Of a stretch of DNA of 64,000 nt, positions 22,823 through 33,070 are shown one piece after another; the stretch's first letter is position 1; every line of letters begins with the position of its first letter. The position numbers and the translations under genes are program-made. This stretch comes from Azolla caroliniana (Eukaryota; Plantae; Polypodiophyta), in assembly GCA_043228905.1 (NCBI GenBank), contig JBHGNT010000002.1, positions 17,236,001 through 17,300,000 of the forward strand. The letters are read 5' to 3'. Below the pieces are notes generated by a model that saw only the letters and a list, made by a program, of their open reading frames with translations, was not told where the DNA came from and made no database searches.

Positions 22823-23335
22823 GAGACATATTCGTAAATATGTTTCTGAGAGCCCATGGAGGCTACATTTGTAAATAGCCGAAAAGTCATATTAGTATAA
22901 ATATGACTTAGGGCAAACTTTTAGTGGTGGTTGTCATTTTCTGTTTTGCACGAGATTAGTGTGCGTAACTGTATAGAGAGAGAGAGAGAGAGAGAAAGAG
23001 GTCGTTGCCTCTGTTGTAACCGCCGCCTGTGGCGAAGATTTGTGAGCACGAGGTCGGTGCCTCAGTGAACTCACTGTTGTATATTCCTACATAGTGACAG
23101 TTTGCAGCCTGTGGGCTGCCGTGGTTTTTCCCCTAGTTTGGGGTTTTCCACGTAAACCTCTTGTGTATTCTCTCCTTCTTTGTGTCGCGTTTTATTTCCC
23201 GTTTTCTGTGTATCATTCTAAGCTCGGTTGTGGCCGAGCGTTGCGCATAAGGAACGTTGGGTTCCCGTCACTTAGGGCAATCACTTTGTATGTGTAGAGA
23301 GGGTTGTCATATTGTTGTAGAGATATAACTATTGT

Positions 23336-23382
<47 letters not shown>

Positions 23383-24271
23383 CTACGAGCACTTTCTATT
23401 GTAACCGCCGTTTGGTGAAGATCACGAGCATGAGGTCGTTGCCTCTGTGTCTCCACTTTGTATTTCCTCTCATGTAGTGATAGTTGGAGTCTGTGGGCTC
23501 CTATGGTTTTTCCCTATTAGGGTTTTCCACGTAAATATTCGGTGTACTCTCTACTTCCCATTTCTGTTATTCAAGTCTCAGTTGTGGCCGAGCAATATTC
23601 CGTGTTATTCTTCACAGAAGAGAAGCGAAGTGCTCTCCCACTTCCAAAAGCTCAAGAGCCAAGTTGAAAAAGAAACCGGCCGGCACATTCGATGTCTACG
23701 ATCGGATGGAGGAAAGGAGTACTTCTCCAACAAATTTATCTCCTACCTCCAAGGTGAAGGCATCTGGAGAGAATTCTCGTGCCAACACACACCCCAACAA
23801 AATGGAGTAGCCGAAAGGAAGAATCGGCACATACTCAAGGTAGCATGCGCCATGTTGCATGGGAAGCACATGCCAAACTTCTATTGGGCTGAAGCGGCTT
23901 CCACGACTGTCTATCTCATGAATCGGTGCACCACTAATGGAGTGTATGAATTAACTCCATACGAGCTCCTTGTTGGAAAGAAGCCGAACCTGTCACACCT
24001 GTTCGGAAGCATTGCGAATGTACGCATCCCGAATGAAGACCGGTAGAAACTCGACGTGAAGTCCAAGAAATGTATCCTCGTACGATACTCGTTTGAAAAA
24101 AAGGCATACAAGTGCTATAACCCTTCGACCTGAGCGGTTCGAGTGAGTCGATCCCTAGTCTTCGACGAATCAACATCTTGGGATAAGCCCGATTTGGCTC
24201 CATCCGATGCGACCGAGGAAGAGTTGAATGTCAACTTGGAGGACGATATTCGGCCAAGTCTTTCACCAAAG

Positions 24272-24357
24272 TGTTGGAAACAGGGGCCGTCAATGCGGAA
24301 GATCAAGAAGCATTCTTTTCCTGTTTGATACCTGCGTATGACAGTTTCTGAGATAGT

Positions 24358-24402
<45 letters not shown>

Positions 24403-27400
24403 CACAAAAGAGTCTTTCTATTCAAAATAGAAAACAATAATACAACACCCAACCTTACAAAAAGGTTACAAGGTCACTATATATAGTGACCGACTTAGGG
24501 CAACTACCCTTTATGCTAATTACACAAATGGCCCAAAGGGATAGTGTGAATACGTCCATTATACACTTGTATTCGACACTCCCCCGTAGTGGGCGTATAC
24601 ATGGGTTATCTAAGATTGCAGGTATAAACTTAGGTTCTCGGACATATCAGTTTGTTCGAGTCGGCAGGGTCCGAAGGCAGAAGACCGAACTGGTCGGGTC
24701 GGAAGTGTCGAAGCCGATCATTAAGGAACTGATGTCGGTTGTCGGAAACCATCCTGCGCTGTGTCCGGCTCTAACCGGACTGGTTTGTCGTTACGCCCAT
24801 CTGATGCCGAAGAGACTGAAAGCGGTCTGCCGAAAGACACTTGGTCATTCCATCTGCGACATTGTCGGTTGTGGATATTTTCTCTAGACCGATTTTCCCT
24901 GAAATGACGCAGTCCCGAACGAAGTGATATCGAACGTCGATATGTTTGGAGGCGTTGTGGTGAACCGGATTTTTTGACAAGGCAACAGCACCTTGACTGT
25001 CGCTATAGACAACTGGAGCCGAGTCATGGTCGACTTCTCGAAACGTGTGCGCCAGCCGACCGAGCCACAAAGCTTCTTTTGCTGCGTCGGACGCAGCTAC
25101 ATATTCTGCTTCGGTCGTTGAGGTCGCTGTGCACTCCTGAAGTTTCGACTTCCACGAGATTGCTCCATTGCCGAATTTGAAGCAGTATCCGGTTGTTGAT
25201 TTCCGACTGTCTATACAGCCGGCGAAGTCCGAGTCGGTGTAACCGACTACGCCTGAGGTTCGGTTCGGACCGAAAAGAATGTCGTGGTCTTTTGTGCCAG
25301 CCAGATATCTGAACACATGCTTGACTGCGTTCCAATGCGATCGGCCAGGATTGTGCATAAATCTGCTAACGACTCCTACGACATGAGAAATATCAGGCCG
25401 TGTCGCGACCATCAGGTACATAAGGGAGCCGACTGCCGGTGCATACGGTACCGACTTCATATCTTCCCCCTCCGGACCGGATGTCGGGCAGTCTCGCTGA
25501 GAGAGCCGAAGATTCATGGGGAGCGGGGTTGAAGCAGATTTGGCTGATTGCATGTTGAAGCGTTCCAAGACACGTCCGATATAGTCGGTCTGAGACAAAA
25601 AAAGATGTCGTTTATCGCGATGCCGACTAATCTTCATGCCGAGTATGTGTCGTGCCGGACCGAGGTCCTTCATGGCAAACTTCAACCGCAGTTGCCGAAT
25701 GAGATCGGCAAGTTCGCCCGCGTGGCGTCCAGAAATTAGCATGTCGTCCACGTAAATGATGAGGAAGATGGGTGATCCATCTTGAGCTGTGTTGGTGAAA
25801 AGACAATGGTCCTCATGGCTTTTTGAGAAGCCGATCGATTGGATGAAGTCGTCGAACTTCTTGTACCATTGTCGCGGTGCCTGTTTGAGGCCGTATAGAC
25901 TCTTCCTGAGTCGGCAGACTAGATGTTCTTGGCCAGTTGCCACGAAGCCTTTTAGCTGCTCCATATAAATTTCCTCTTCAAGATCACCATGGAGGAAGGC
26001 TGTTTTGACATCTAGCTGAATCAGCTCCAAGTTGTCGGCTGCCACTACGCCGAGTAGAAAACGAAGGGTTGTCATTTTCACCACTGGTGAAAAAATCTCG
26101 TCGAAGTCGACGCCATATTCTTGTCGGAAGCCCTTCGCAACTAATCTGGCCTTGTACTTTGGGGTGGTCGAATCAGACGTCTCTTTTAGTCGATAAACCC
26201 ACTTGCAAGGAAGAGCACGTCGGTTCCTAGGTAATTCGACCAGATCCCAAGTCTTGTTTGCCCGGATGGAGTGCATTTCCGACTTCATCGCCAGATGCCA
26301 GGTGGCTGAATCGACAGATGTCGATGCTTCTTCGTAAGACGTCGGTTCGCCGGCGTCGGTGAAGAAAATTCCAGGAGAATACCTCTCCGGAGGTTGCGAC
26401 AGTCTCTCGGATCGTCGAGGTATGATTGGACTGGTCGCATCGGGTATCGAGGTCGGATGGTCCGAAATCGAATCATTCGGCTGTGCCGAGTCGGAGCTGT
26501 CCGAGTCGAGAGTGTAAGGTTCAGCTACCCGTGAAGCTGACCGTGTGTTAAGAGCTGGGCCGTCTTGAAGGGTCGGCACATCGGAAAATGTTACCCTTCG
26601 GACTTCGGTCGGTGTTTCGACTGATGCAGTCATAGCCGACTCGTTGAACACAACGTCCGAACTTCGAACGATTTGTCTGCGTTCGAGGTCCCAGAGTCGG
26701 TATCCCATTTCGCCGTCTGATCCATATCCAAGGAAAATGCATTTCCTGGACCGAGGTGCAAGTTTTCGGCGATCATCTTTCGGAATAAGGGCGTACGCCT
26801 CGCATCCGAAGATCCTCAGCTTGTCGTAATTCGGCTTACTGCCGATCCATAGTTCCTGAGGAATTTGAAGTCCTAGAGGTCTACTTGGCGACATATTGAT
26901 TGTGTGTACTGCCGTGAGTAGAGCCTCTGCCCAGAAGCCATCCGACAGTCCGGAGTGTTGGAGCATGGAAACTATCCGTTCTTGGATTGTCCGATTCATT
27001 CGTTCTGCAATCCCGTTTTGCTCCGGACTGTGTGGTGCCGTAAATTCACGTCGGATGCCGCGTTGTCGGCAGAATTTGACGAATTCTTCGGATTTGAACT
27101 CTCCCCCATTATCGGTCCGAAAGCATTTCAGTTTTCGGTCGGTTTGATTTTCTACCATAGCGAGCCAATCCGAGAAGATCGAGAAGACACGATCTTTGGT
27201 GCGAATTGGATAAGCCCACACCTTTCGAGTCGAATCGTCAATAAAACTAACGAAGTAAGAGGCACCGCCAAGAGACTGATGCGGCATTGGGACACAGACG
27301 TCCGAGTGGACTAGATCGAGAGGTCTCGTTTCTCTTGGTGCTGATGTCGGGTGTGATGCGGCTGCTTGTTTGCCATACTGGCAATGTTCGCAGAATTGAT

Positions 27401-29779
27401 GGTCGGAGAAGGAGAGTTTAGGGATGTATCCGGCTCTAGATAGGTGCGTAATGCCGGCCTTGCTGAGGTGTCCTAATCTTCTGTGCCATAGTGATGACAC
27501 AGGAATATCCACCAAAAATAGGTTACCCTCCCTGAGCGTAACATGTAACGGATACAGTGAGTGTATCTTGGGTCCTCTAGCAAGCAGGAGGTTCCCCCTG
27601 TGGAGTGTCCACCCTCCCGAAGAGAAACCGGCACGAATGCCGTCTTCATCTAGTTGTCCGACTGAGATCAATGGCCTCGAGAGCTCGGGTACATGTCGGA
27701 CATTGTGAAGTACAAGTGTAGAGCCACCTGCAAGGTTGAGCTCTACTGTGCCGATGCCAATGATGTCACAGTGTTGTGAGTTGCCGACTCGAACTGAGTC
27801 GGAGTGACGGATCGTATATTGCCGAAATTGGGATCGATGAGGAGTCACGTGAAATGACGCGCCCGAATCTAAGAGCCATGTGCTCGATTCTTCAGTCGTG
27901 AGCAGAACTTCTGATCCGACTGGATTTTCGATTGATAGTATATTCGGGTCGTTTGGTAGCACATCAGCTGAGAAGCTGACGTAATTGATCTCCTCATGCC
28001 GGCCACTCTTCTTGTCTGATTTCTGAGACTTGTCGTTCTTGTTCTTGAGTGCGCGGCAGTCGGCTTTGATGTGTCCGGGTTTCTTGCAATAGTTGCAGAT
28101 TCGGTTATCCCGTGACTGGCTCCGTCTTCGCTGATTGTTCGGCGGTCGTGAGGAGTCTCTTCCTCGTATGTTCGATCGGTCTGTCGAACCTTGTACTACA
28201 TAAGCGTCGTCTGTTGAGTCTTTGGCGAAAGACTTTCTCCGAGCTTCTTCGGTCAGGATTGCGCTCGTGACTTCGGAGTATTTAACAGCCGTGGTTGACG
28301 CGTTGCACACGGTTGTGACGAAAGTTTCCCATGATGAGGGAAGGCTACTCATGAGTATCATTGCTCTGAGTTCATCCTCGATTGCCGTCCCCTGAGATGA
28401 GATTTGGGAGCTTATGCTTTCGTACTCATTGAGATGTGCTTGAACCGAATCGGATTCTTTCATCCGCAAGTTGTAGAGGCGCCGAATAAGAAACATCTTC
28501 GTTGCAGCGACCTTCTTTTCGTAGGTGTCCGACAGTGTTTTCCACAGTTCGAATGTTGTCGTACACGATTGCACCGTAAAGTATACCGATTCCGATAGGT
28601 GCATCCGAATCGTGGCGCGGACGATTCTGTCCAGCTTCTGCCACTCAATTGGTTTGTATCCTTCTGGAGGTTCTTCATTTTCGATGGGATCGATTTGCCC
28701 CTTGACTATGAGATAGTCCTGCATTTGCTCCTTCCAGAAGTTGAAGTTCGATCCATCGAACTTTCGTAGACTCATTTCTGACGAGCCGGATGTTGATGCC
28801 ATCAATTTTGGTTTCAGTTGACGAAGCTCGGTTCGGAGTTGACTACGAACCTTGTTGGAGTGCAGCCGGTTGGCTCACCCGATATCGTTCTAGTCGGATT
28901 TGAACCCGAGTAGGTTCGGCTTCGGATATATGTATTGTTGAACTTGCTCGAATTGACTCCGGTAACTTGAGGGACAGAACCGACTGGTCTTCCCGAATGT
29001 TGCCGAGTCGGAGTGAGCCCGGTTCGCTTCGGATATATATGCCAAATACCGATTATTGAAACCGATTGTCTGGACCGATTCTGCTTCGGGTGACTGCAGC
29101 GACGAGAGAGACGGATCCAACTGATCCTCTCGAATGTCGATCAGCCGGGTGAAGCACGAATTGGGGTTGTTGTCTTGAGACCGATCTGCACCGAGTGGTT
29201 ACAATGAGCGGCGAGCAGCGTTTGTTGACCTCTTCGGATGCCGTTTAACCGAGTGGAGCACGATCGTGTCAATGTTGCACAAGGGGATTTCACCTCGAGC
29301 GGTTACGATCACAAGGAACAGAGTACAACCGGCTGGCTTACTCCAAGCGAAAATGATCTAACGCGATGAGATGCAAGCCTCGTTTTTCTTCTTCTTCTCT
29401 CTTCTTCGAATGACGCAGGAAACCGAATGCTGTGCAGGCTGAGACGACGGCCGACAGCGGATTGAAGGACCGAATACTGTGCAGGCTCTGATACCAGATG
29501 TTGGAAACAGGGGCCGTCAATGCGGAAGATCAAGAAGCATTCTTTTCTTGTTTGATACCTGCGTATGACAGTTTCTGAGATAGTGCACAGAGAGAGAGAG
29601 AGGCACAAAAGAGTCTTTCTATTCAAAATAGAAAACAATAATACAACACCCAACCTTACAAAAAGGTTACAAGGTCACTATATATAGTGACCGACTTAGG
29701 GCAACTACCCTTTATGCTAATTACACAAATGGCCCAAAGGGATAGTGTGAATACGTCCATTATACACTTGTATTCGACA
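24272..29779 (-). mobile_element. Element G: intact Ty1/copia (Tork-like)
   Basis: LTRs 24272-24578 and 29499-29779 differ mainly by 26 bp of (GA)n. TSD CAAAG; PBS TGGTATCAGAGCC 29484-29496; PPT ACGGGGGAG. Confidence 0.97.
24771..28802 (-). CDS. Copia polyprotein Gag-PR-INT-RT-RH (1343 aa from ATG)
   Basis: CNYCKKPGHIKADC, WLLDSGAS, WHRRLGH...CEHC, HSDV, RTDNGGE, YVDDM, YTDSDFAG, KHIDVRYHF; no stops. Confidence 0.95.
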   Translation of the reverse strand: MASTSGSSEMSLRKFDGSNFNFWKEQMQDYLIVKGQIDPIENEEPPEGYKPIEWQKLDRIVRATIRMHLSESVYFTVQSCTTTFELWKTLSDTYEKKVAATKMFLIRRLYNLRMKESDSVQAHLNEYESISSQISSQGTAIEDELRAMILMSSLPSSWETFVTTVCNASTTAVKYSEVTSAILTEEARRKSFAKDSTDDAYVVQGSTDRSNIRGRDSSRPPNNQRRRSQSRDNRICNYCKKPGHIKADCRALKNKNDKSQKSDKKSGRHEEINYVSFSADVLPNDPNILSIENPVGSEVLLTTEESSTWLLDSGASFHVTPHRSQFRQYTIRHSDSVRVGNSQHCDIIGIGTVELNLAGGSTLVLHNVRHVPELSRPLISVGQLDEDGIRAGFSSGGWTLHRGNLLLARGPKIHSLYPLHVTLREGNLFLVDIPVSSLWHRRLGHLSKAGITHLSRAGYIPKLSFSDHQFCEHCQYGKQAAASHPTSAPRETRPLDLVHSDVCVPMPHQSLGGASYFVSFIDDSTRKVWAYPIRTKDRVFSIFSDWLAMVENQTDRKLKCFRTDNGGEFKSEEFVKFCRQRGIRREFTAPHSPEQNGIAERMNRTIQERIVSMLQHSGLSDGFWAEALLTAVHTINMSPSRPLGLQIPQELWIGSKPNYDKLRIFGCEAYALIPKDDRRKLAPRSRKCIFLGYGSDGEMGYRLWDLERRQIVRSSDVVFNESAMTASVETPTEVRRVTFSDVPTLQDGPALNTRSASRVAEPYTLDSDSSDSAQPNDSISDHPTSIPDATSPIIPRRSERLSQPPERYSPGIFFTDAGEPTSYEEASTSVDSATWHLAMKSEMHSIRANKTWDLVELPRNRRALPCKWVYRLKETSDSTTPKYKARLVAKGFRQEYGVDFDEIFSPVVKMTTLRFLLGVVAADNLELIQLDVKTAFLHGDLEEEIYMEQLKGFVATGQEHLVCRLRKSLYGLKQAPRQWYKKFDDFIQSIGFSKSHEDHCLFTNTAQDGSPIFLIIYVDDMLISGRHAGELADLIRQLRLKFAMKDLGPARHILGMKISRHRDKRHLFLSQTDYIGRVLERFNMQSAKSASTPLPMNLRLSQRDCPTSGPEGEDMKSVPYAPAVGSLMYLMVATRPDISHVVGVVSRFMHNPGRSHWNAVKHVFRYLAGTKDHDILFGPNRTSGVVGYTDSDFAGCIDSRKSTTGYCFKFGNGAISWKSKLQECTATSTTEAEYVAASDAAKEALWLGRLAHTFREVDHDSAPVVYSDSQGAVALSKNPVHHNASKHIDVRYHFVRDCVISGKIGLEKISTTDNVADGMTKCLSADRFQSLRHQMGVTTNQSG

Positions 29780-30382
29780 CAAAGGACCATCCAAGCTCTA
29801 CCAAGCTAAGTGGACCACACCAGCCTTCAAGCATTCCAAGCACGTCTCGGGGAGGGGCTAGATCAGACAAAGGCAAAGGTAAGATGCCGGAATACGAAGT
29901 CAACCACCTCGATGACAGTGATTGGGATGTGTCGGCTCGCTCATTAGATAGTGAGTTTGGTGTACCCATGATGCGAACACTCGATGTAAAGAAGGCGCTC
30001 ACGTCGGCAAATGAAAAATGCTCATCTAGAGATAAAAACCCCGCCACTCGGCTCGGCTACAATGAGTATATGGCCCATCATTATCCCTCTTCGATGAAGG
30101 TATCGACCGAACAAGAGCTCGAGAGCTCTACCGAAGTGGCTCGTGACCCACGATGGGTGGAAGTAGTCGGCCTTCGCCCATTTCACACTACAAGCCTTCG
30201 TCGTAGGCATGAGGGGGAGGAACCGAAACTACCACGGAAATACTAATGCCGAAAGCCGAACAGAAGCCAACATTGAAAACCGGACAACGCTGAAAGAAAA
30301 ACTCGATGTTGGATGCCTCACACTTGAGCTTGAGGGGGCGTATTGAGATATTAAGCTCAACGAAGCTTAGACATTTAGTTAC

Positions 30383-31269
30383 TGTTAGGATCGAGATTGG
30401 CTAGAACTGGTTCCACTCACGAATCTTCGGGTGCAAAGATCAAGAAACCTAGTACACATACAGAAAAACGAGAGGGCAGAAAACAAAAAACAGAGATACA
30501 ATATTTAACGTGGAAAACCCGAAAGGGAAAAACCACGGGAGTGCTTGAACTCCGAACTAGATCACTATAAGGGGAGGAGTACAGCAAGAAGCTCCAAGGC
30601 AACAAGAAGCTCCAAGACAACTGTAGAGTTACATATGCAACTACCTTCTCTAACTTTTACACAATAATCAAACATACTATAAAGTTTTCCCTAGTTGTAT
30701 ATATACATATACAATTTTCTGGCTATTTACATACGTAGTCCATAAGCGGCATATTTAGACTATTTACATATATGATCTCCCGATTTCAGCCTCGGCCAAA
30801 ATACTCCTTGGACTCCATCTAACTCGGTTTGTTCTCTTCCCATCCGGAGGAACCTGTTTCCCAACAAAATCCCCCTTCACTCCGGCATGGGGTACTTATC
30901 CAATCTGACTCTTCGTCAGGACTCGTTCAACTTCTCTACTGACAGCACTTTCATCAGCATGTCCAATCCATTTTCGACTGTGTGGATTTTCATAAGAGCA
31001 AACTCTTTTTCTCTACTCGCTCTTGGAGCCAATGATATCTCCTCTAGATTTGCTTGGTCCTCGAGTGGTAGGTGGCATTCATTTCCAAGTGGATGAAACT
31101 CTGATGATCATAGTGGATTTGGAATTCCACTTGTCGAATTCCCACTCTCCTATAAACTCCTTCATCCAAATGATTTCCTTGCCTGCTTCCGCTGCGGCCA
31201 TGTACTTGGCTACCGTGGTCAACAATTCCATGGCCTTTTGCAACCTCGACTGCCACGAGACAACTCCCT
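30383..31269 (-). mobile_element. Element H: Tork-like Copia 3' LTR (30383-30866), PPT and RNase H fragment; resumes at 53869-53915 after element I
   Basis: PPT GAGTGAAGGGGGATT; GVVSWQSRLQK...YMAAAEAGKEIIWMKEFIGE. Confidence 0.8.
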
Positions 31270-32254
31270 TGTTAAGCGCTTGGATCACACCACGACCGGT
31301 AATGAAGAAGAGCGCATCGACAAGGGCATAGTATGGCTAAAGGACCTACGAAGAGGGAACGACAAGAGGAAGGAGGACTAAGGGACACCCAAGTGTGAAA
31401 GGTCCACACCCTAAATGTAAATGCTATATAAACCACATAGTGGTGGCTTTGTAAGGGTCCTTCTATTTGTAAAGATCTCCCTATTGATTAAGAGTTAGAG
31501 CTTCCTCTCCTACTTCTTGTAACCTTTAAGCTTAAGAGAGATTAGTGAAGTGTTTAGTTAGAGAACACTAATCTCTCTTCCTTGTTGGTGCTAGACCTCT
31601 TAGCAAAGAGGGTTAATAACATATTCATTACTCTTATTGTCTATATTCATTACCCTATTGTCTATGAGAACGAGCTTGAGAGAGTGAGAGAGATATCGTG
31701 CTTAATCATCTATTAATCGTTCAGTGAGCGTGAGGCTTGGAGGTGTCCGACAACCATCTTCTCCCGATTCGCCATCAAAAGGGTATATGCTGGTCCGAAC
31801 TCCAGAAATGACATCGAGGAGTTAACTCCATCGATACATAGATCCTACACATCTATTTGGCGTCACTGCCGGGGATACAACCGACGCTTGAAGCCGATTT
31901 CGAGTGGTCAAACACTCGTAGGCAACCCACTTAATGAGGGAAGAAATTGAAAGGAAACCACTATTTGTGTTAATTAAAAGGCTCGCTATTTCACATTTTA
32001 ATTAAGTTAATTTTCTATTTTTTATGCTCACTATTTCACATTTTAATTAAGTTAATTTTCTGTTTTTTAGTTTTAATTTACCCCCCCTTAGTTGCTCGGA
32101 CATTAGCAAGCTATTCGTCCGGTTAACGCTAAGCATTGTTGAGATTTAGCCGTTGCAGGGCAAAAGTGAGCACCACGATTCTCACTGATTACGATCATCC
32201 TACGGGCCACGAAACAGCCGTTGACGCAAAAAAATTCAAATTTCCCGCACAAAG

Positions 32255-32840
32255 TTCGTTGAAAGATCAAGTTCGACAAGAGAACATCCTTCAATGAAAG
32301 ATCAAAGTTTACCAAACCCTCACTTTTTGATGAACCCACATCCTTCAACGAAAGATCAAAGTTCGACGAACCCACATCTTTCGACGAACCCACATCCTTC
32401 GACGAACCCATCTTTCGACGAACCCACATGTTTCGCCAAACCCTCAACTTTTGAGGAGCTCACATCCTTCGACGAAAGATCAAAGTTCGACGAACCCACA
32501 TCTTTCGCCAAACCCTCACCTTTAGACGAACCCACATCCTTCAACGAAAGATCAAAGTTCGACGAACCCACATATTTCGACGAACCCACATCCTTTGACG
32601 AAAGATCAAAGTCGACGAACCCACATCCTTCGACGAAAGATCAAAGTTCGATGAACCCACATCTTTCGACGAAAGGTCAAAGTTTGCCAAACCCTCATCT
32701 TTCGACGAACCCACATCCTTCGACGAAAGATCAAAATTCGACGAACCCACATCCTTTGACGAAAGATCAAAGTTCGACGAACCCTCATCTTTTGACGAAA
32801 GGTCAAAGTTTGCCAAGCCCTCAAAGTTCGACGAACCCGC
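32255..32840 (+). repeat. 18-bp minisatellite with alternating unit types in the leader of I
   Basis: TTCGACGAACCCACATC(C/T), TTCGACGAAAGATCAAAG and TT(T/C)GCCAAACCCTCA units, about 30 copies. Confidence 0.92.
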
Positions 32841-33070
32841 AAAGCTTGACAAGAGAACATGGTCGGATCCTCATGGACGGAGATGTTCAAAACCCGACCC
32901 ACACGCCAGGAGGAGTTCACACAAACCAACCAAACACACGGTGCTGACCCATCTAACCCAACTTGATACCACGGAGGGTGGTTAACCCCGGGGACGCTAC
33001 CAAACATGAACCTCCCATCGAGCTCGACAACTAAATCACCTCTCAACACACCCCCACTACAAGAGAGCCC

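Larger units (their letters stand above)
12238..23270 (+). mobile_element. Solo LTR D1 (Tork-like Copia family), pieces 12238-12383 and 22611-23270, host of element F
   Basis: TGTTGGGAGACAGG...GTTCCCGTCA flanked by TSD CTTAG (12233-12237, 23271-23275); homologous to the reversed LTR at 36748-43044. Confidence 0.85.
6377..23616 (+). mobile_element. 3' LTR of Copia C, split into pieces 6377-6484, 12179-12237 and 23271-23616 by nested insertions
   Basis: Starts TGTTCGG directly after the PPT. The pieces rejoin across TSDs CCTAT and CTTAG. It ends ...CTTCACA just before element E integrase sequence. Confidence 0.75.
23617..30382 (+). mobile_element. Element E: degenerate Copia remnant (integrase 23617-24271, downstream segment 29785-30340, LTR stub 30341-30382), host of G
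   Basis: SEVLSHFQKLK...CLRSDGGKEYFS...TPQQNGVAERKNR...FYWAEAA; RT deleted; PPT TTGAGGGGGCG precedes the LTR stub. Confidence 0.8.

Noticed and set aside
22593-22890. Repetitive peptides (ARYEPDEEYPA) in D LTRs
   Set aside because: Translation of a 54-bp U3 repeat open in several frames; no evidence of coding.
24974-27708. Antisense ORFs over the G and J polyproteins
   Set aside because: Shadow ORFs of GC-rich coding sequence, duplicated only because the elements are sisters.
32294-32947. 217-aa and overlapping ORFs in the minisatellite
   Set aside because: Open frames are a by-product of stop-poor 18-bp units.
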